DNA from: a virus
Taxonomy: Duplodnaviria; Caudoviricetes
Strand: one strand, 5' to 3'
DNA: 25,351 bases
Virus record (IMG/VR): IMGVR_UViG_3300020413_000072
Location: 1 to 25,351 of that record
Position 1 is the first letter of the stretch. Every line of letters begins with the position of its first letter. Under the pieces are notes generated by a model. It was given only the letters and a program-made list of their open reading frames with translations. It was not told the DNA's origin and searched no databases. Shown piece after piece: positions 22,908 through 25,351 of this stretch. The position numbers were made by a program, and so were the translations under genes.

Positions 22908-23648
22908 TTAATTATTTGCCATTGCTATCATTAAGTATTTAGCACCTAGAAAAGCATTAAACATTTGTTTATTTAAAGGAAGTTCCTTAACTTCTATATT
23001 ACTATCTTTTTTAGGTAGTCTTATAATTAACCCTTTAGTAATTTTCTGTTTAGTTTCTTCCTCGTAAGCGTATTTATATGCATTTAACTGTAATGTGTAG
23101 TCAAATGATATATGATTACTTGTTTTAATATCTGCTAAAACAAGATTGCCTTTCTTATCTTTTAAGATAAGATCAAGAGTACCAGCATAGTTATGCGTCT
23201 TAGAAAAAATTTTTTTCTCTAATTCAACTACCTCATATTCTTGGGTTTTCCACCAATCTAAAAATATATTCCAGCAATTAATGACTGCTGTATCAGATTG
23301 GTTTGGAATTTTTTTACCTTGAAGAAAATCTTCAATTAGTCCATGTACTACTGAACCTACTAAACCAGCATCATCTTTAATTCTGTTAGTTTTCTGTTTA
23401 GCATCATGGATTATTCTTTCAAGTTTAACTCTATCTAAAGTTTGTTCATTATCCAACATACTATGTAATGAATCTTTTATTGCTCTAATAGGAGTTGCTA
23501 CTAACCAATTAGTTAATTGTGGTTTAGGAATACCTTTTCCACAAATACCTGTAACACTTTCTACTTTTTGTCCTTTATGATAATAAATGTGTTTATCATC
23601 ATCAAAGTCTAATTCTAGACCATTTGTTAGTTTAGTTTTTTTATACAT
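22908..23648 (-). CDS. PD-(D/E)XK exonuclease (RecE/Cas4-like phage nuclease)
   Basis: SVT, GSVVH, E...YAGTLD...ADIKTS and LQLNAY motifs. Confidence 0.88.
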   Translation of the reverse strand: MYKKTKLTNGLELDFDDDKHIYYHKGQKVESVTGICGKGIPKPQLTNWLVATPIRAIKDSLHSMLDNEQTLDRVKLERIIHDAKQKTNRIKDDAGLVGSVVHGLIEDFLQGKKIPNQSDTAVINCWNIFLDWWKTQEYEVVELEKKIFSKTHNYAGTLDLILKDKKGNLVLADIKTSNHISFDYTLQLNAYKYAYEEETKQKITKGLIIRLPKKDSNIEVKELPLNKQMFNAFLGAKYLMIAMANN

Positions 23649-23660
23649 TTTTTTCCTTTT

Positions 23661-23951
23661 CTAGTTTAGCCTTTCGATTAATTGAGTAATATCATATTTA
23701 TAATATTTACTTAAAACAAATAATCTAGCTGTTGTTGTTGTTATACCTTTTTCAAATTTATATAAAGCAAAAACTGATGCAAAATATAAAGGATTATCGC
23801 ATACTACTGCTTCAGCAGTAATATCTTTTTTAAGTCTAATATGTTTAAATTTTAGACCTATTATTTGATCTAAAAGCTTATGACTAGGTTTTTTCTTAAA
23901 ATCCTCAATCATGCCTTTAATCATATAATCTGTTTTTATTTGTTTATTCAT
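23661..23951 (-). CDS. XRE-family HTH-like regulator
   Basis: IGLKFKHIRLKKDITAEAV...LYKFEKG...RLFVLSKYY resembles an XRE HTH. Confidence 0.65.
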   Translation of the reverse strand: MNKQIKTDYMIKGMIEDFKKKPSHKLLDQIIGLKFKHIRLKKDITAEAVVCDNPLYFASVFALYKFEKGITTTTARLFVLSKYYKYDITQLIERLN

Positions 23952-23961
23952 TTTTTCCTTT

Positions 23962-24261
23962 CTAGTTTATTACAGAATGACCACGACCTTTTAAGCATGA
24001 TCTATACATATTTGGATAATTATAATTAGCTTTAGGAGATAACCACAATACACTTGCTCTTAAATAATAATTATAAATATATTTACTACTTTCAATTAAT
24101 GTACTTGTGTTTTCTTTCGCTAAAGTTTTACAATGTTGTAGATCGTTTGTAAGTTCAACTGCTTTAGGCTTATCAAACGTACCACTACGACCTGAGGTAT
24201 CAACAACAGGCTTATACACGCAAGCTTGTAGCAATATAATTACGCATAGCATTTTCTTCAT
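23962..24261 (-). CDS. Putative lipoprotein
   Basis: MKKMLCVIILLQA-C gives a basic N-terminus, hydrophobic core and lipobox-like LQAC. Also DLQHC...CLKGRGH. Confidence 0.7.
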   Translation of the reverse strand: MKKMLCVIILLQACVYKPVVDTSGRSGTFDKPKAVELTNDLQHCKTLAKENTSTLIESSKYIYNYYLRASVLWLSPKANYNYPNMYRSCLKGRGHSVIN

Positions 24262-24436
24262 ATTTTTTCCTTTCTAGTTTTAACTTCTTCATATACTCTT
24301 TCATTGTTTTAGCTTCAATCTTGTCCATTAGTTCATAAACTTCTACAAAGAATGGGTTATTATCTCCAAATGTCCAACCTTTTTTTATAGAAACTTCATT
24401 TATTAATTTAAGCCTTTGTCGTTTTATCTTGTCCAT
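24212..24436 (-). CDS. Hypothetical protein
   Basis: 74 aa with a GGAG RBS, part of the overlapping minus-strand operon. Confidence 0.65.
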   Translation of the reverse strand: MDKIKRQRLKLINEVSIKKGWTFGDNNPFFVEVYELMDKIEAKTMKEYMKKLKLERKKYEENAMRNYIATSLRV

Positions 24437-24572
24437 TTTTTTTCTCCATATCTAGTTGTGATAACTCTTGTTCTGCTTTTTTTATTTTTTCTTGTAAAAT
24501 TTGTTTCAGATCATAAAGTGTATATAATCTTTCAACTATTTTTGTTCTTTGCATTAGTTCTTTTAAATCCAT
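24408..24572 (-). CDS. Small coiled-coil hypothetical protein (54 aa), not in ORF track
   Basis: GGAG RBS. Translates as MDLKELMQRTKIVERLYTLYDLKQILQEKIKKAEQELSQLDMEKKNGQDKTTKA*. Confidence 0.7.
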   Translation of the reverse strand: MDLKELMQRTKIVERLYTLYDLKQILQEKIKKAEQELSQLDMEKKNGQDKTTKA

Positions 24573-24641
24573 AATATTACTCCGATTATTAAAATTGTTA
24601 ATATTAATAAAGCAATTTTTAAAACTACCTTATTATATTTT

Positions 24642-25187
24642 CTATGAATTGGTATGCCTAGAATTATCATCTGTTTTCTCCTCTATTTTTCTTTGTCCTG
24701 TTTTATTATATCCACCTTTTAATTCTTCTTTAATAACTGATCTAGTATTCCAACCAAAAGGTATTTTATAATCTTTTGGAAATACAAAAAGATGATATTG
24801 ATTAGCTGTATCTACTAATCTATCCTCGTTAGGATAAATTTCTACTGCTTCACAATCTGAACCTACAAGTTCGTTTTTAATTTCTTGTAAATGTCTCCAA
24901 TCATGGATTGCAGTTTTATCTCTATTCTTTATAGACAAATAAGTCATTTGACCTTTTAATTCTTTATCATGAATTTGCCAATCTGCTTGCTTACCTCTAA
25001 AAACCATAACTATATAAATATCGTTTTCGTAAGTATCACAATCATACATTTCATGATAATATCTTTTACCATCTTGCCATGATAATTTAAGACCTGTAAG
25101 ATTATAAACAAAATCTTGACAATATTTAATCCTATCTTTCATAGGTAAGTCGTAAATCTCATGTATTGTTTTATGAAATTTATTCAT
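24642..25187 (-). CDS. Conserved phage hypothetical protein
   Basis: AAGGAG RBS. The C-terminal domain LSIK...HDWRHLQEIKNELVG...AVEIYP...LVD.AN.YHL is a recurrent phage domain of unknown function. Confidence 0.8.
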   Translation of the reverse strand: MNKFHKTIHEIYDLPMKDRIKYCQDFVYNLTGLKLSWQDGKRYYHEMYDCDTYENDIYIVMVFRGKQADWQIHDKELKGQMTYLSIKNRDKTAIHDWRHLQEIKNELVGSDCEAVEIYPNEDRLVDTANQYHLFVFPKDYKIPFGWNTRSVIKEELKGGYNKTGQRKIEEKTDDNSRHTNS

Positions 25188-25351
25188 TATTTATTCTCCT
25201 TTAAGTTAAGCGAAAATGTTTTATCTGTAAACAATTCTGAAGTTATTGATTCTCCTTTAGAGAACCAAATTCTTGTAGTTAAACCATAAATGCTTTCATT
25301 GTAAAAATAAGAAGCAAAATATAGTTCTTTATTTAATTCTAAAAGATAATC
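25187..25351 (-). CDS. Hypothetical protein, 3' end only (truncated by window edge)
   Basis: Open frame DYLLELNKELYFASYFYNESIYGLTTRIWFSKGESITSELFTDKTFSLNLKENK* with a TAATG overlap to 25187. Confidence 0.6.
   Translation of the reverse strand, partial: DYLLELNKELYFASYFYNESIYGLTTRIWFSKGESITSELFTDKTFSLNLKENK

Noticed and set aside
22908-23648. CRISPR-associated Cas4
   Set aside because: No CRISPR array or other cas genes are present and the four-Cys Fe-S motif is lacking, so it is treated as a phage exonuclease.
1-25351. Alternative genetic code or stop-codon reassignment
   Set aside because: Genes are full length under the standard code and pack tightly with normal stops.

Overview
This window is a low-GC (roughly 30% by eye), gene-dense segment of a tailed dsDNA phage with siphovirus-type morphogenesis genes. 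Its style suggests a marine phage of a low-GC host such as SAR11/Pelagibacter, but that is inference and no search was run. The + strand (1-21922) carries a 5'-truncated terminase large subunit, portal, minor head protein, scaffold, major capsid, head-tail joining genes, tail tube, a tail chaperone with a -1 frameshift extension, tape measure, Dit-like and hub-like genes and a large tail-tip protein. These are followed by four receptor-binding-protein/partner gene pairs, a GH24 endolysin, a metallophosphoesterase, a DUF3310-like protein and holin-like genes. The - strand (22020-25351) is a convergent early/recombination operon with a PD-(D/E)XK nuclease, an SSB-like protein, an HTH protein and a lipoprotein. 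The most notable feature is an RTX-toxin-activating acyltransferase (HlyC/TAAT)-like gene inside the tail-tip module. It is translationally coupled to a tail-tip protein that begins with an 11-residue-periodic Lys/Val amphipathic helix, which suggests a phage system for acylating a virion protein. Other points of interest are a mosaic RBP/chaperone cassette array, a 28-aa AT-hook peptide missed by the ORF track, a His cluster in the tape measure, and two hairpins that share a sequence core. No tRNA, CRISPR array, integrase, transposase or reverse transcriptase was recognised.
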